Of a DNA stretch of 64,000 nt, positions 1 to 9,444 are shown piece by piece. How positions within the stretch are numbered: position 1 is the stretch's first letter; the number at the start of each line of letters is the position of its first letter. Origin of the DNA: Alphaproteobacteria bacterium (GTDB lineage: Bacteria > Pseudomonadota > Alphaproteobacteria > UBA2966); assembly GCA_964291395.2 (NCBI GenBank), contig OZ219858.1:416001-480000 (forward strand). Reading direction: 5' to 3'. The notes below the pieces were generated by a model. It ran no database searches, was not told the origin of the DNA, and worked only from the letters and a program-made list of their open reading frames with translations. The position numbers and the translations under genes are program-made.

Positions 1-369
1 CGGTTCGTACACGTCGGGCGAGCGACCTATGCCAAGCATCCTCATGTCGTCCCGAAGCGCGGCCAACGGCTTCTCGTTCAGGAAGCCGGTCAGATAGTAG
101 CTAGTGTACGGCAAAAGCTCGCCCCGGCCAACTCCTATAAAGAGCGCGGTGTACTCGCTTTCCGCGGCCTGGGGCGTGGTGGCCGAGGCCACCCGGCTCA
201 GCGCCCGGATCGCCCGGCCAAGCTCGCTCTCGTCGCCCGAGAGGGCTGCGGATTTATCGAGCAGCGCCTGGTCCGGCGGCGCGGCCAGCAGCCTACCGAG
301 AAAATCGTAGAGGTCCGCCCGAAGCCTGTCCTCCTCCGCTATGCGCGTCTCGAGCTCCGTCGACGTCAT
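1..369 (-). CDS. TorD/DmsD-family molybdo/tungstoenzyme maturation chaperone (3' end runs off the window)
   Basis: Not in the ORF track. Manual translation from ATG at 369: MTSTELETRIAEEDRLRADLYDFLGRLLAAPP...EYTALFIGVGRGELLPYTSYYLTGFLNEKPLAALRDDMRMLGIGRSPDVYEP. The LFIG.GRGELLPY.SYY.TGFL.EKPLA and VYEP(ED) motifs are typical of TorD-like proteins in FDH loci. GGAG upstream. Confidence 0.9.
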   Translation of the reverse strand, partial: MTSTELETRIAEEDRLRADLYDFLGRLLAAPPDQALLDKSAALSGDESELGRAIRALSRVASATTPQAAESEYTALFIGVGRGELLPYTSYYLTGFLNEKPLAALRDDMRMLGIGRSPDVYEP

Positions 370-394
370 CGGGTCTTCTCCCACTGCCCGTCCA

Positions 395-1004
395 TCAGGC
401 CGCTTCCGCCCGACCGTCGTCCGCGTCCGCGAACGTGAAGCGCATACGGCGTTTGGCCCGCCGCTCCGCCGTGACCTCCTCCTCGTCGTCCGGCGCGGGA
501 GATTCGTCGAGAGGGTCCGCGCCGGCCTCGGCCGACACCGCCTCCGGTTCCGCGCGCGCGTCCGCTTCAGCCGCCGCCCGCGGCGGGGGCGTCCGCCTCG
601 TTCGCCTCGTCTTGAGCCTGCAAGTGCCCGAGCATTCCCTTGCCCACCTGGTAGGCCGTCTGGAGGTGTTCGACGACCGTCGCGGCGTCGGTGAAGTCCT
701 CCCCATAATCGACCAGTTCATCGAGGTTTGCGAGGATCGGGTTGGAGATCCAGAGCCGCCTCAGCGCCCGCCTGCGCAGGCGGTCGGGAACCGCCTTCGC
801 CATGAACGCCGAGAAATCGTCCCCCTGCCCCAACGTGTCCGGATCGGGCAGGTTCAGCTCGGAGAGCACTTCGGCGTCCGACTTCTCGTCCACGACCTGG
901 CCCGCCGCGTCGGCGCGCGCCTCGTCCGCAACCCGTTGCCGGGCGCGTTCCTCACCCGCCACCGCCGCCTTGCGGCGCGACCAGAAATCCTGGGGCCCGG
1001 TCAA
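395..1004 (-). CDS. DUF3306-like FDH-locus protein, apparently frameshifted near 585
   Basis: TTG start overlapping the upstream stop. FWSRRKAAV, LPDPDTL..GDDFSAFM, LRRLW.SNP.LANLD.LVDY.EDFT motifs are in the 567..1871 frame (stop at 567). The acidic tail with RRMRFTF is in the 395..721 frame. Confidence 0.8.
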
Positions 1005-1612
1005 TGCAGCCGCTCCCCGTCGGGCCGCCGGGGAACGCGGTAGACGTCGGACAACTGGCGGATGCGCCGGTCGCCCTTGCCGTCCTCGACGAGATCGACC
1101 CGCTGTTTGCCACGCCGGCGCTTGACGAACTCCTCGTCCTGGTGGTGCCGCTCGACGAAATCGCGGACAAAGGCGACCAGCCCTTCGGGCATCGGCACCT
1201 GCTCGACGATCTCCTCTCCGCTGTCCATGTAGTCCTGCGCCTCGTAAGGGGAGGCGGTGGCGAGGAGGACTTCGACGTCCCGTTCCGCATCGTCCTCGGT
1301 CGCCTCGCGGAGCACCACGTAGACCGCCGGGACGCGTGCCGAGAGACCGGTCCGGTAAGCTTCGGTATCGGAGGCCCAGAGTTCCATCGGTACGGTTGCG
1401 GCGTGATATTCCACCACGTCCGATTCGCGCCGCAACTCGCGCCAGTCCGCCGCACCCGCGCCAGGCAGCACGCCGACGACCCTCCACGCCCAACGGGCCC
1501 AGCGGGTCACCCCCGGCGACTTGCGAATGACGATCCCCAGCGGAACCGACGCCTCGCACGGCTGCATGTCGAGCCACCCCCTGACTGGTGGCTGCACCGG
1601 CTCCGGCATCAT
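1001..1612 (-). CDS. DUF3305-like FDH-locus protein
   Basis: ORF 203 aa with RW....WR..GVLPG, TASPYEAQDY, VPMP and EEFVKRRR motifs; coupled to the DUF3306-like gene. Confidence 0.85.
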   Translation of the reverse strand: MMPEPVQPPVRGWLDMQPCEASVPLGIVIRKSPGVTRWARWAWRVVGVLPGAGAADWRELRRESDVVEYHAATVPMELWASDTEAYRTGLSARVPAVYVVLREATEDDAERDVEVLLATASPYEAQDYMDSGEEIVEQVPMPEGLVAFVRDFVERHHQDEEFVKRRRGKQRVDLVEDGKGDRRIRQLSDVYRVPRRPDGERLH

Positions 1613-1772
1613 GGCCGGCCCGGGCGCTCAAGCACGTCAAGTATGGGCACAACGTCCGCCGAGCAGCAAGCGAAAACTGACCGAAGCGGGCTCCGCCACT
1701 TGCCACGTCTTGCCGTGTAGGTCTACGCTTGTCGCGGATCGTCGCGGGAACCCCAATGCTCAGGAGGGGGAG

Positions 1773-3733
1773 TTGGCCAAGACGTTGATCCTGTGCGACT
1801 GTCTGGGGAGCCAGGAGCTCGACCGCGACAAGATCGAAGCCGCCGCCGGCGTCGCCTGCTCGCGCATTCACAGCTCGCTCTGCACCGCCGAGGCCGGAGA
1901 CGCGCCGAGGCCATCTCCCGGGGCTTCGCGATCATCGCCTGCCAGCAGGAAAGGGCGCGTTTCGAGGAGATCGCCGAGGATGTCGGTACCCCGCCACCGG
2001 GGTTCGTCGACCTCCGGGACCGGGCGGGCTGGTCGGACGAGGCCCCCGAGGCCGGTCCCAAGCAGGCGGCGCTGGTCGCGGAATCCCTGTTGCCGACGCC
2101 CCGGACCCGAGCCGTCGACGTGACGTCCGAGGGTCGTTGCCTCGTCCTCGGCCGCTCCGCGGTCGCGCTGCCGGCCGCCGAGCGGCTGTCCGGACCCCTG
2201 GCCGTCACCGCGCTGGTGTCGGACGAGCCCGAGGACCTTCCTCTCGACCGCGGATTCGAGGTGACCGCCGGCCGGCTGAAGACGGCGAGCGGGGCGCTCG
2301 GCGGCTTCCGCCTGCACATAGACGCCCTGCGCCAGATCGAGCCCGGGGGGCGCGGCGGGTTCGCACTGTCGGCTCCGCGCGACGGCGCGGAGACCGAATG
2401 TGACGTGGTCCTGGATCTGTCCGGGAATCCGCCGCTGTTTCCGGCGCCCGGGAAACGCGAGGGGTACCTGCGCGCCGACCCCGGGGATCCCAACGCGGTC
2501 GCCGCTGCGGTGTTCGAGGCCGCACAGATGGTCGGCACGTTCGAGAAACCCCTCTACGTCCGTCTCGAAGAGAGCCTCTGCGCCCACTCGCGGGCCGGGA
2601 AGACGGGCTGCACGAAGTGTCTGGATGCCTGTCCCACGGGAGCCATCGCGCCCGACGGCGACCACGTGGCGATCGACGCGATGATCTGTGCCGGCTGCGG
2701 GACCTGCTCGGCGCTTTGCCCGTCCAGTGCCATAACCTACGACGCGCCGCCGACGGCGGCCCTGTTCAAGCGGATCGAAACGCTGGCGGCGGTCTACCGC
2801 AAGGCGGGCGGCGCGGCACCCCGCCTTCTGGTCACCGATAACGGTTTCGGCGCCGAGATGATCGCGCTGTCGGCCCGCTTCGGGCGCGGCCTGCCCGCCG
2901 ACGTGATCCCGCTCGAGCTGGACACGCTCTCTCAGTTCGGTCATGCCGAAATGCTGGCGGCTTTGGGCACCGGGTTCGCCGCCGTCGACATTCTGCTGTC
3001 TCCCAGGAGCGAGCGCGATCTGCTGGACCGCGAGTTAAGCCTCGCCGCGGCGATGGGCGGCGGCGCGCGGCTGCGCCTCCTCGACGTGGCCGACCCCGAC
3101 GCTTTGAGCGAGGTGCTCTACGACGCGCCCGCAGACCCGCCGATCGCCGATCCGGTGCTGCCGCTGGGGTCCCGGCGGCAGGTCGCGCGCCTGGCGGCGA
3201 AGGCATTGAACCCGGGCAGCGACGACGTCCTGCCGTTGCCCGACGGCGCGCCATACGGCGCCGTACGGATCGACGTCGAGGCCTGTACCCTGTGCCTCGC
3301 CTGCGTCTCGCTCTGTCCGCCCGGAGCGCTCGCCGACAATCCGGATCGGCCGCAGCTTCGCTTCCAGGAAGACGCCTGCCTGCAGTGCGGTCTCTGCAAG
3401 CGGGTGTGCCCCGAGAGCGCAGTCACACTCGAGCCGCGCCTGGACCTGTCGGACGCCGCATTGGCGCACGAGATCCTGAACGAGGAGGAGCCTTACGAGT
3501 GCGTCGAGTGCGGTAAACCCTTCGGCGTGAAGTCCACCGTCGAGAGGATCGTGGCGGAGCTCGCCGGTAAGCATTCCATGTTCGCCAGCGAGGACGCGTC
3601 ACGCATGATTCGCATGTGTGACGATTGCCGGATCGCCTCGCAATACCACTCGGAGAACAATCCCTTCGCGTCCGGCGAGCGGCCGCGGGTCAGGACGAGC
3701 GACGATTACTTCTCGGACCGCAAGGATCACTGA
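1773..3733 (+). CDS. Large 4Fe-4S dicluster (polyferredoxin-like) FDH-locus protein, frameshifted near 1903
   Basis: SD GGAGGGG then TTG at 1773 gives MAKTLILCDCLGSQ...HSSLCT, continuing in the 1793..3733 frame (IIACQQE). Multiple CxxCxxxCP and CxxCxxCxxxCP motifs. Confidence 0.85.
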
Positions 3734-4512
3734 TGCTTGATCTCCGCCCCGAGGTCTGCCGGGCTGATCGTCGCTACGAAGGCCAGGATCGCCTCCAATT
3801 CGTCGAGCGTCAGCCGCAACGGCACGATGGGCGGCGGGCGGGATTCGTCGAACGGATCGGTCACGTCGGCGATTTGCGTGAAGGCCGGATGCGGGTTGAG
3901 CAGATAGAAGCCCTGGAACCGCTCCCGCCAGTCGCTCAATGTCCTGAGCACGCCGAACGAAGGTGTCGAACCCAGCCCCTTCATGCGGTTCTTGGGTCCG
4001 ACGACGTGGCAGCGTCCACAAAGGGCGAACGACAACCGCTCGCCGGCCACCGCATCGCCGCCGGTCGCGGTGTCGTCCTGTTTCACCGGCGCGCTGGCGG
4101 CGGCATAGAGCTGCACGCCGTCCGGCGCGAAGGCCTCGATCGTGCGCCGGCCGATGTCCGAGACGACCCAGTCACAGAAACGTCCCGCGTGCGTCGCACG
4201 CTCGCTTTCCCCGTCGGCTGGCGCGGCGTGGCACAGGTAGAGCGTCTCGTCCCGCGCGAACGCCGGGCGACCCGTTCCCACCGCTGCCCGCTGCCCGAGC
4301 AGGGCGTCCGCGGCGACGTTCGCGGTCAGATCGACCGCCGCGACCTTTATGCCGGTCTTCAGCGAGAACCGCGGGAGAACGTATTTCAGCAACCCGCTCG
4401 CGGCGAGATCGGGGTCGGCCGCCAAGGTGAACCGGCGTTCCTGGGCAACGGCCGCCGGAGCAAGCAGAACGATGCAGAGCGCGCTCAGCCCTCCTCTCAA
4501 CCATGCCGGCAT
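3727..4512 (-). CDS. Exported c-type cytochrome with an N-terminal TupA-like segment
   Basis: Signal peptide (LSALCIVLLAPAAVA-QE), single CGRCH heme motif, N-terminal ASGLLKYVLPRFSLKTGIKV. Confidence 0.7.
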   Translation of the reverse strand: MPAWLRGGLSALCIVLLAPAAVAQERRFTLAADPDLAASGLLKYVLPRFSLKTGIKVAAVDLTANVAADALLGQRAAVGTGRPAFARDETLYLCHAAPADGESERATHAGRFCDWVVSDIGRRTIEAFAPDGVQLYAAASAPVKQDDTATGGDAVAGERLSFALCGRCHVVGPKNRMKGLGSTPSFGVLRTLSDWRERFQGFYLLNPHPAFTQIADVTDPFDESRPPPIVPLRLTLDELEAILAFVATISPADLGAEIKHQ

Positions 4513-4697
4513 GGGCGATCCTCCTCCGCTGCGCATGCTGTCGGTCCGTCAGGATGTCGGACGCGTCATGAGGATTTTGGGTTAGAATGGGTCGATGGGC
4601 AAATTCGTGGACCGCGGACGGGGACTCCCGGCGTTCCGGCGACGACGGCTGGCCGCCGCGTGAGCCCCAAGTCGTCCGTGGCGGGAGAGGATAGACC

Positions 4698-4910
4698 GTG
4701 AACGACGACCTGAACGATTTCAACATGTCTATGCGCAAGTTCCTCAAGCAGGTGGGGGTGACCTCGCAGCAGGCGATCGAGGAAGCGATGCGCGACGCCG
4801 GCGTCGAGAAGACCGCCGGCAAGACCTTCGCTGCCCGAGTGACTCTGACGATCGACGAGCTGGATCTCGCCCACACGGTCGACGGCCGGATCAGCGGAAA
4901 GGCCGAATGA
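4698..4910 (+). CDS. Small conserved hypothetical protein (DUF6494-like)
   Basis: 70 aa, FNMSMRKFLKQVGVTSQQAIE motif, GAGG SD, ATGA overlap with mrp. Confidence 0.8.
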   Translation: MNDDLNDFNMSMRKFLKQVGVTSQQAIEEAMRDAGVEKTAGKTFAARVTLTIDELDLAHTVDGRISGKAE

Positions 4911-5974
4911 CGGCTGCGCGCGACGACGTGCTGGCCGCGCTGAAGGGCGTCGTCGACCCCGTCAGCGGGCAGGATCTGGTGTCGGCCGGACTGGTGCGGG
5001 CCTTGACCGTGGAGGACGGCGCGGTACGCTTCGTCCTCGAGATCGAGGCGGCGCAAGCGGATGCCATGGAGGAGGTGCGGGCCGAGGCCGAGGCCGCCGT
5101 ACGGGGGCTTGCCGGCGTCGAAGCGGTCTCGGCCGTCATGACGGCGCACAAGCCTCTGGCACCTCCGCCGGAACTGAAGATCGAACGCCGGGCCGAGCCG
5201 CGGGGTCCGCAGAAGATCCCCGGGGTTGACCGGATCGTCGCCGTCGCCTCGGGAAAGGGCGGGGTCGGTAAATCCACCGTCGCGGCCAACCTCGCCGCCG
5301 CATTCGCCGCGGAGGGGCGCCGCGTCGGCCTGCTCGACGCCGACGTCTACGGTCCCTCTCAGCCCCGGATGCTCGGCGTCTCGGGGCGGCCCGCCTCGCC
5401 CGACGGCAAGACCATTCTGCCAATGCGAAACCACGGCGTGACCATGATGTCGATCGGCCTGATGATGGGAGAGGACGAGGCCGTCGTCTGGCGCGGCCCG
5501 ATGCTGATGGGAGCGCTTCAGCAGATGATGAACCAGGTTCAGTGGGGCGCCCTCGACGTGCTCGTGGTGGATCTACCGCCGGGAACGGGCGACGTGCAGA
5601 TGACTCTCACCCAGACGGCGGAAGTGACCGGCGTCATCATCGTATCCACGCCGCAGGACGTGGCGCTCCTCGACGCGCGCAAAGGTGTCGACATGTTCAA
5701 CAAGATGTCGACGCCGATCCTGGGGATGATCGAGAACATGTCGACTCACGTCTGCCCGAAGTGCGGGCACGAGGAGCACATGTTCGGCCACGGCGGCGTG
5801 CGCACGGTGGCCGAAAAGCTAGGCGTGCCGCTCCTGGCGGAAATCCCCCTCGATCTGGACATCCGGTTGACCGCCGACGGCGGCGCGCCGATCGTCGTCT
5901 CGAAGCCCGCATCGCCCCGGGCCGAGATCTTCCGCGGCGTCGCGCGAACCCTGATCGCAGACGGAAACGCGTGA
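4907..5974 (+). CDS. apbC: Mrp/NBP35 (ApbC) Fe-S cluster carrier ATPase with N-terminal DUF59-like domain
   Basis: SGKGGVGKST Walker A, DADVYGPS, WRGPM, DLPPGTGD and ENMS..CPKC motifs. Confidence 0.93.
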   Translation: MTAARDDVLAALKGVVDPVSGQDLVSAGLVRALTVEDGAVRFVLEIEAAQADAMEEVRAEAEAAVRGLAGVEAVSAVMTAHKPLAPPPELKIERRAEPRGPQKIPGVDRIVAVASGKGGVGKSTVAANLAAAFAAEGRRVGLLDADVYGPSQPRMLGVSGRPASPDGKTILPMRNHGVTMMSIGLMMGEDEAVVWRGPMLMGALQQMMNQVQWGALDVLVVDLPPGTGDVQMTLTQTAEVTGVIIVSTPQDVALLDARKGVDMFNKMSTPILGMIENMSTHVCPKCGHEEHMFGHGGVRTVAEKLGVPLLAEIPLDLDIRLTADGGAPIVVSKPASPRAEIFRGVARTLIADGNA

Positions 5975-6711
5975 GCACGGACGACGACACTCCCGTCTTT
6001 CCGCCACTCTTTCACGGCCAAGCGGTCGCGGGGGTGATCGATCCCTTCGCCAAGGCCTGCGCCCAGGCGGCCCTGGGCTGCGACGCTGGGCTGATCGTCT
6101 ACAACATCGGAACCGACCGTCTGGCCGCGGCCATCGTGTTTGCGCCCGAGGTCCCGCTGGAGGATGCCATGGCAATGCTGCCGGCTTGCGGCGTCGGGTT
6201 CCAGAACGCGCTGGGTTCGCTCGCCCCTCCCGAGGTCGGGGTGCATCTGACGTGGGACGGAGGCATCCTGGTCAATGGGGCGGAGTGCGGGCACCTGCGC
6301 GTCGCCGCGGCCACGTCCGATCCCGCGGCGGAACCCGATTGGCTGGTCGTCGGCCTCGACGTGCCGTTGATTCCGGAGGATCCCGACGCGCCCGGGGCCG
6401 CGCCCGGGCGAACGTCGCTGTTCGAGGAAGGCTGCGTCGACGTTTCGCCCCTGCACCTGCTGGAAAGCTGGTCGCGTCACACGCTCGTCTGGATCAACCG
6501 CTGGTCCGACGAGGGGGCGCGGCCGCTGCACGAGGAGTGGCGGGGACTGGCCCGTGACGTCGGAGAGGACGTCGAACTCGACCACCACGACGGGCTCCTC
6601 CGTGGCACCTTTGTCGGTATCGACGAACGCTTCGGCATGCTCCTGCGGAACGGCGGAGAGACGCGTTTGCTGCCGCTGAGCGACCTGCTGAATCTGGAAC
6701 GAGGGTCATGA
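5971..6711 (+). CDS. Biotin/lipoate-protein ligase-like protein (BPL_LplA_LipB_2/DUF4444-like)
   Basis: GTG start overlapping the mrp stop. LAPPEV.V...W.GGI.VNG..CG, PDWLVVG and GTFVGIDERFGMLL motifs resemble the BirA catalytic and C-terminal domains. Confidence 0.75.
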   Translation: MSTDDDTPVFPPLFHGQAVAGVIDPFAKACAQAALGCDAGLIVYNIGTDRLAAAIVFAPEVPLEDAMAMLPACGVGFQNALGSLAPPEVGVHLTWDGGILVNGAECGHLRVAAATSDPAAEPDWLVVGLDVPLIPEDPDAPGAAPGRTSLFEEGCVDVSPLHLLESWSRHTLVWINRWSDEGARPLHEEWRGLARDVGEDVELDHHDGLLRGTFVGIDERFGMLLRNGGETRLLPLSDLLNLERGS

Positions 6712-7193
6712 ATCTCGCGCGCGCGATCCACTTCGACGAAAGCGACATGAGGGTCTTCTACAGCCCCGCGCGCACGGGCGAATGGTGCATCTCGGGCGGT
6801 TTCGAGTTCTCCAACTGGAGCGAGGCCGACCTGACCGGCAAGGCGCGTCAAGCTTTCGCGAACGGCTGGCTCGGCGTGGAGACGTTCGGCCGCGTGACCT
6901 TCGTGGCGGTCACCCGGATACAGCAACAGGAGTTCGACGTGCTGGTGCGTCGGCTCGCGGAGCATTTCGTCGATATCTACGGTGCGCCCTCGGTCGAAGC
7001 GGCGCTCGGCGTGGCGCGGGAGGAGGTGGCCCAGATGGCCGACCTCTGCGAGGATCATCCTCCCAACACGCTGCTCACCGTGTCCCGCGAGTTGACCGAC
7101 GCGGGGGTGAAGGAAAGCTTCCGCACCCTCGAGGCCGAGGAGGCCGGGCTCGAGCAGTTCGCCATCCACGGCGATCCCGAGGGCCTCCACTGA
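6708..7193 (+). CDS. Conserved hypothetical protein (DUF6505-like)
   Basis: 161 aa, ARAIHFDESD..VF...A..GEW.ISGGFEF and GKARQAFANGWLG motifs; ATGA-coupled. Confidence 0.8.
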   Translation: MNLARAIHFDESDMRVFYSPARTGEWCISGGFEFSNWSEADLTGKARQAFANGWLGVETFGRVTFVAVTRIQQQEFDVLVRRLAEHFVDIYGAPSVEAALGVAREEVAQMADLCEDHPPNTLLTVSRELTDAGVKESFRTLEAEEAGLEQFAIHGDPEGLH

Positions 7194-7223
7194 AGCGAAG
7201 CCGGCCGGGGGCGAAGCGCCGGG

Positions 7224-8033
7224 CTAGTCGGCGTTTGCGTTGTGCGTGAACAGGCGGTCGCCGCCCAGGGTGTAGCCGTCGATCAAGACCCGGGCGCGGT
7301 CGCTCGTCAGCCACTCTTCGAGACGGCGCCCCGGCGTACCCTTGACGTGGGGGTGCCTCTCCGGGTTCACCGGCAGGTAGGCGTATTGGTTGAACAAGGC
7401 GGGATCGCCGGAATAGAGCAGCACCATATCGCCCTTGTTGCCGAACTTGAGCCAGCTCGCGCGGTCCGACATGGTGTAGGCGTTCATCGCCTGCGCGGTA
7501 TTGAGCGCGGCACCCATGCCCGAGCCGACCGAGCGGTACCAGGTCCCGAAGCCTCCGGGATTCCGCCGCGCCGCGCGCCAGAGCGCGAGCTCCTTCTCGT
7601 GGGTGCCGCTGTCGTCGCCCCGGCTCACGAACGGAGCCCCGGCCTCGGCGATCCTGACCAGCGCCTCGGCCGCGCCGCCGGCCCCGGCAATGCCCGCCGG
7701 ATCGTGCCCGGGACCGATCAGCACGAAGTCGTTGTACATGATGTCGCGCCGGTGGGTTGCGAATCCCGAAGCGACGAAGGCCTCCTCGGCACTACGGGAG
7801 TGCACCAGGACCGCGTCCACGTCGCCGGCCCGCCCGAGCCGCAGTGCCTGACCGGTGCCCACCACCAGAAGTTGTACGTCGAGCCCGAGGTCCCGCTCGA
7901 TCGCCGGCAGCAGGATGTCGGACAAGCCGGAGTTGTGAAACGAGGTGGTCACCGCCACGCGCATCGTTTCCGCGCGGACTCCGGCGGCGACGAGCAACAC
8001 GGTCGCGAACGCAATCGTTCCGAGCCGGATCAT
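7224..8033 (-). CDS. tupA: Tungstate ABC transporter substrate-binding protein
   Basis: TTS..NSGL, VGTGQAL, DAVLVH, MYNDFV and SRGDDSGTH motifs diagnostic of TupA. Confidence 0.93.
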   Translation of the reverse strand: MIRLGTIAFATVLLVAAGVRAETMRVAVTTSFHNSGLSDILLPAIERDLGLDVQLLVVGTGQALRLGRAGDVDAVLVHSRSAEEAFVASGFATHRRDIMYNDFVLIGPGHDPAGIAGAGGAAEALVRIAEAGAPFVSRGDDSGTHEKELALWRAARRNPGGFGTWYRSVGSGMGAALNTAQAMNAYTMSDRASWLKFGNKGDMVLLYSGDPALFNQYAYLPVNPERHPHVKGTPGRRLEEWLTSDRARVLIDGYTLGGDRLFTHNANAD

Positions 8034-8746
8034 TCGACGATATCCCCTTTCAGAAAGGCCCGAGCCTCGGGCGTCGCCAACCGTCCCAAGGAGCCGTGAC
8101 CGGACGCAGCTTCGTGCACCTGGCCCTGCAGCAGAAAAAAAACCTCCGTGGCCAGACGCCGTGCCTGGCCCATGTCGTGCGTCGCCATCACGATGCGCGT
8201 GCCGGCGTCGCGGGCCGCCACCAGGATCGCTTCGATCTCGCGCGTCGCCCGGCCGTCGAGGTTGGCGCAGGGCTCGTCCAGAAACAGGATGTCGGGTTGT
8301 CGGATCAGGGCGCGCGCCAGGGCGAGTTTCTGCCTTTCCCCGCCCGACAGCGACGATGCCTGCCTCTCCAGAGCCTCGCCCAGCCCGACCTTCACCGCCC
8401 AGTCGGCCGCCCGGCGGCGGGCTTCGGCGCGGTGGACGCCGTGGACCAGGAGCGGGTAGGCGATGTTCCCGAGAACGTGACGGCGCATCAGGATCGGGTT
8501 CTGAAAGACGTAAGCTTGGCGCGTACGCGCCTCGGCCTCGGGGACGGCCCAGCGCACACGTCCTTCCGCGGCGCGCTCGAGCCCGTGCATCAGTCGCAGC
8601 AGCGAGGTCTTTCCCGACCCGTTCGGTCCGATCACGATGGTCACGCCTTCGGCGGCGATCTCGAGATCGACCGGGCCGACCAGCCGGTTACCGCCGCGGC
8701 GCACCGCGGCCGCCTCCAGGCGCAGGGGCAGAATGGAGCCTACCAT
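8030..8746 (-). CDS. tupC: Tungstate ABC transporter ATP-binding protein
   Basis: GPNGSGKT, LSGGE and LDEP motifs; start inferred at ATG 8746, overlapping tupB. Confidence 0.9.
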   Translation of the reverse strand: MVGSILPLRLEAAAVRRGGNRLVGPVDLEIAAEGVTIVIGPNGSGKTSLLRLMHGLERAAEGRVRWAVPEAEARTRQAYVFQNPILMRRHVLGNIAYPLLVHGVHRAEARRRAADWAVKVGLGEALERQASSLSGGERQKLALARALIRQPDILFLDEPCANLDGRATREIEAILVAARDAGTRIVMATHDMGQARRLATEVFFLLQGQVHEAASGHGSLGRLATPEARAFLKGDIVE

Positions 8747-9444
8747 TGGCTGGCCCGTTCGGTGCGCGACAGCGTGTGGATGAGGATATTGACGACGATG
8801 GCGAGCGCGATCAGCACGAAGCCGAGGCCGAGGGCCAGCGCGAGGTTCCCTTTTCCGGTCTCGAGGGCGATGGCCGTGGTCAGGACCCGGGTCGCGTGGT
8901 CGATGTTGCCGCCGACGATCATGATGGCGCCGACCTCGCCGATGGCACGGCCGAAGCCGGCCAGGGCGGCGGTGAGGAGAGCCCGCCGGCCATCCCAGAG
9001 GAGCGCGCGGACGCGCTGGGACTTCGTCGTATGGATCGAAATCAGCAGGTCGTGATAGTCGGCCCAGAGTTCGCGGATCGCCTGGTGGGCGATCGAGGCG
9101 ACGAGCGGCGTAACGACGATCACCTGGGCGATGATCATCGCGGTCGGCGTGAACAGGAGGCCGAGGACGCCGAACGGCCCGGACCGGCTCAGAAGCAGAT
9201 AGACGACCAAGCCCACGACCACCGGCGGCAGGCCCATCAGCGCGTTCATCACGGCGATCACGTGGCGCCGCCAGCGAAACCGGTTGACCGCCAGCCACGC
9301 GCCGAGCGGCATCCCGAGCGCCGAGGCGATCACCACAGCCGTCACCGAGACCTGCAGCGACCGGGCCGCGATCTCGGTCAGGTCACGATCGAGCGTGGCG
9401 ACCAGGCGCGCCGCCGCGATCAGACCTTCCAGTATCTCGTTCAT
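8740..9444 (-). CDS. tupB: Tungstate ABC transporter permease
   Basis: MGLPPVVVGL, GPFG.LGLLFTP and GFGRAIGEVGA..IVGGNI motifs. Confidence 0.93.
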   Translation of the reverse strand: MNEILEGLIAAARLVATLDRDLTEIAARSLQVSVTAVVIASALGMPLGAWLAVNRFRWRRHVIAVMNALMGLPPVVVGLVVYLLLSRSGPFGVLGLLFTPTAMIIAQVIVVTPLVASIAHQAIRELWADYHDLLISIHTTKSQRVRALLWDGRRALLTAALAGFGRAIGEVGAIMIVGGNIDHATRVLTTAIALETGKGNLALALGLGFVLIALAIVVNILIHTLSRTERASQW

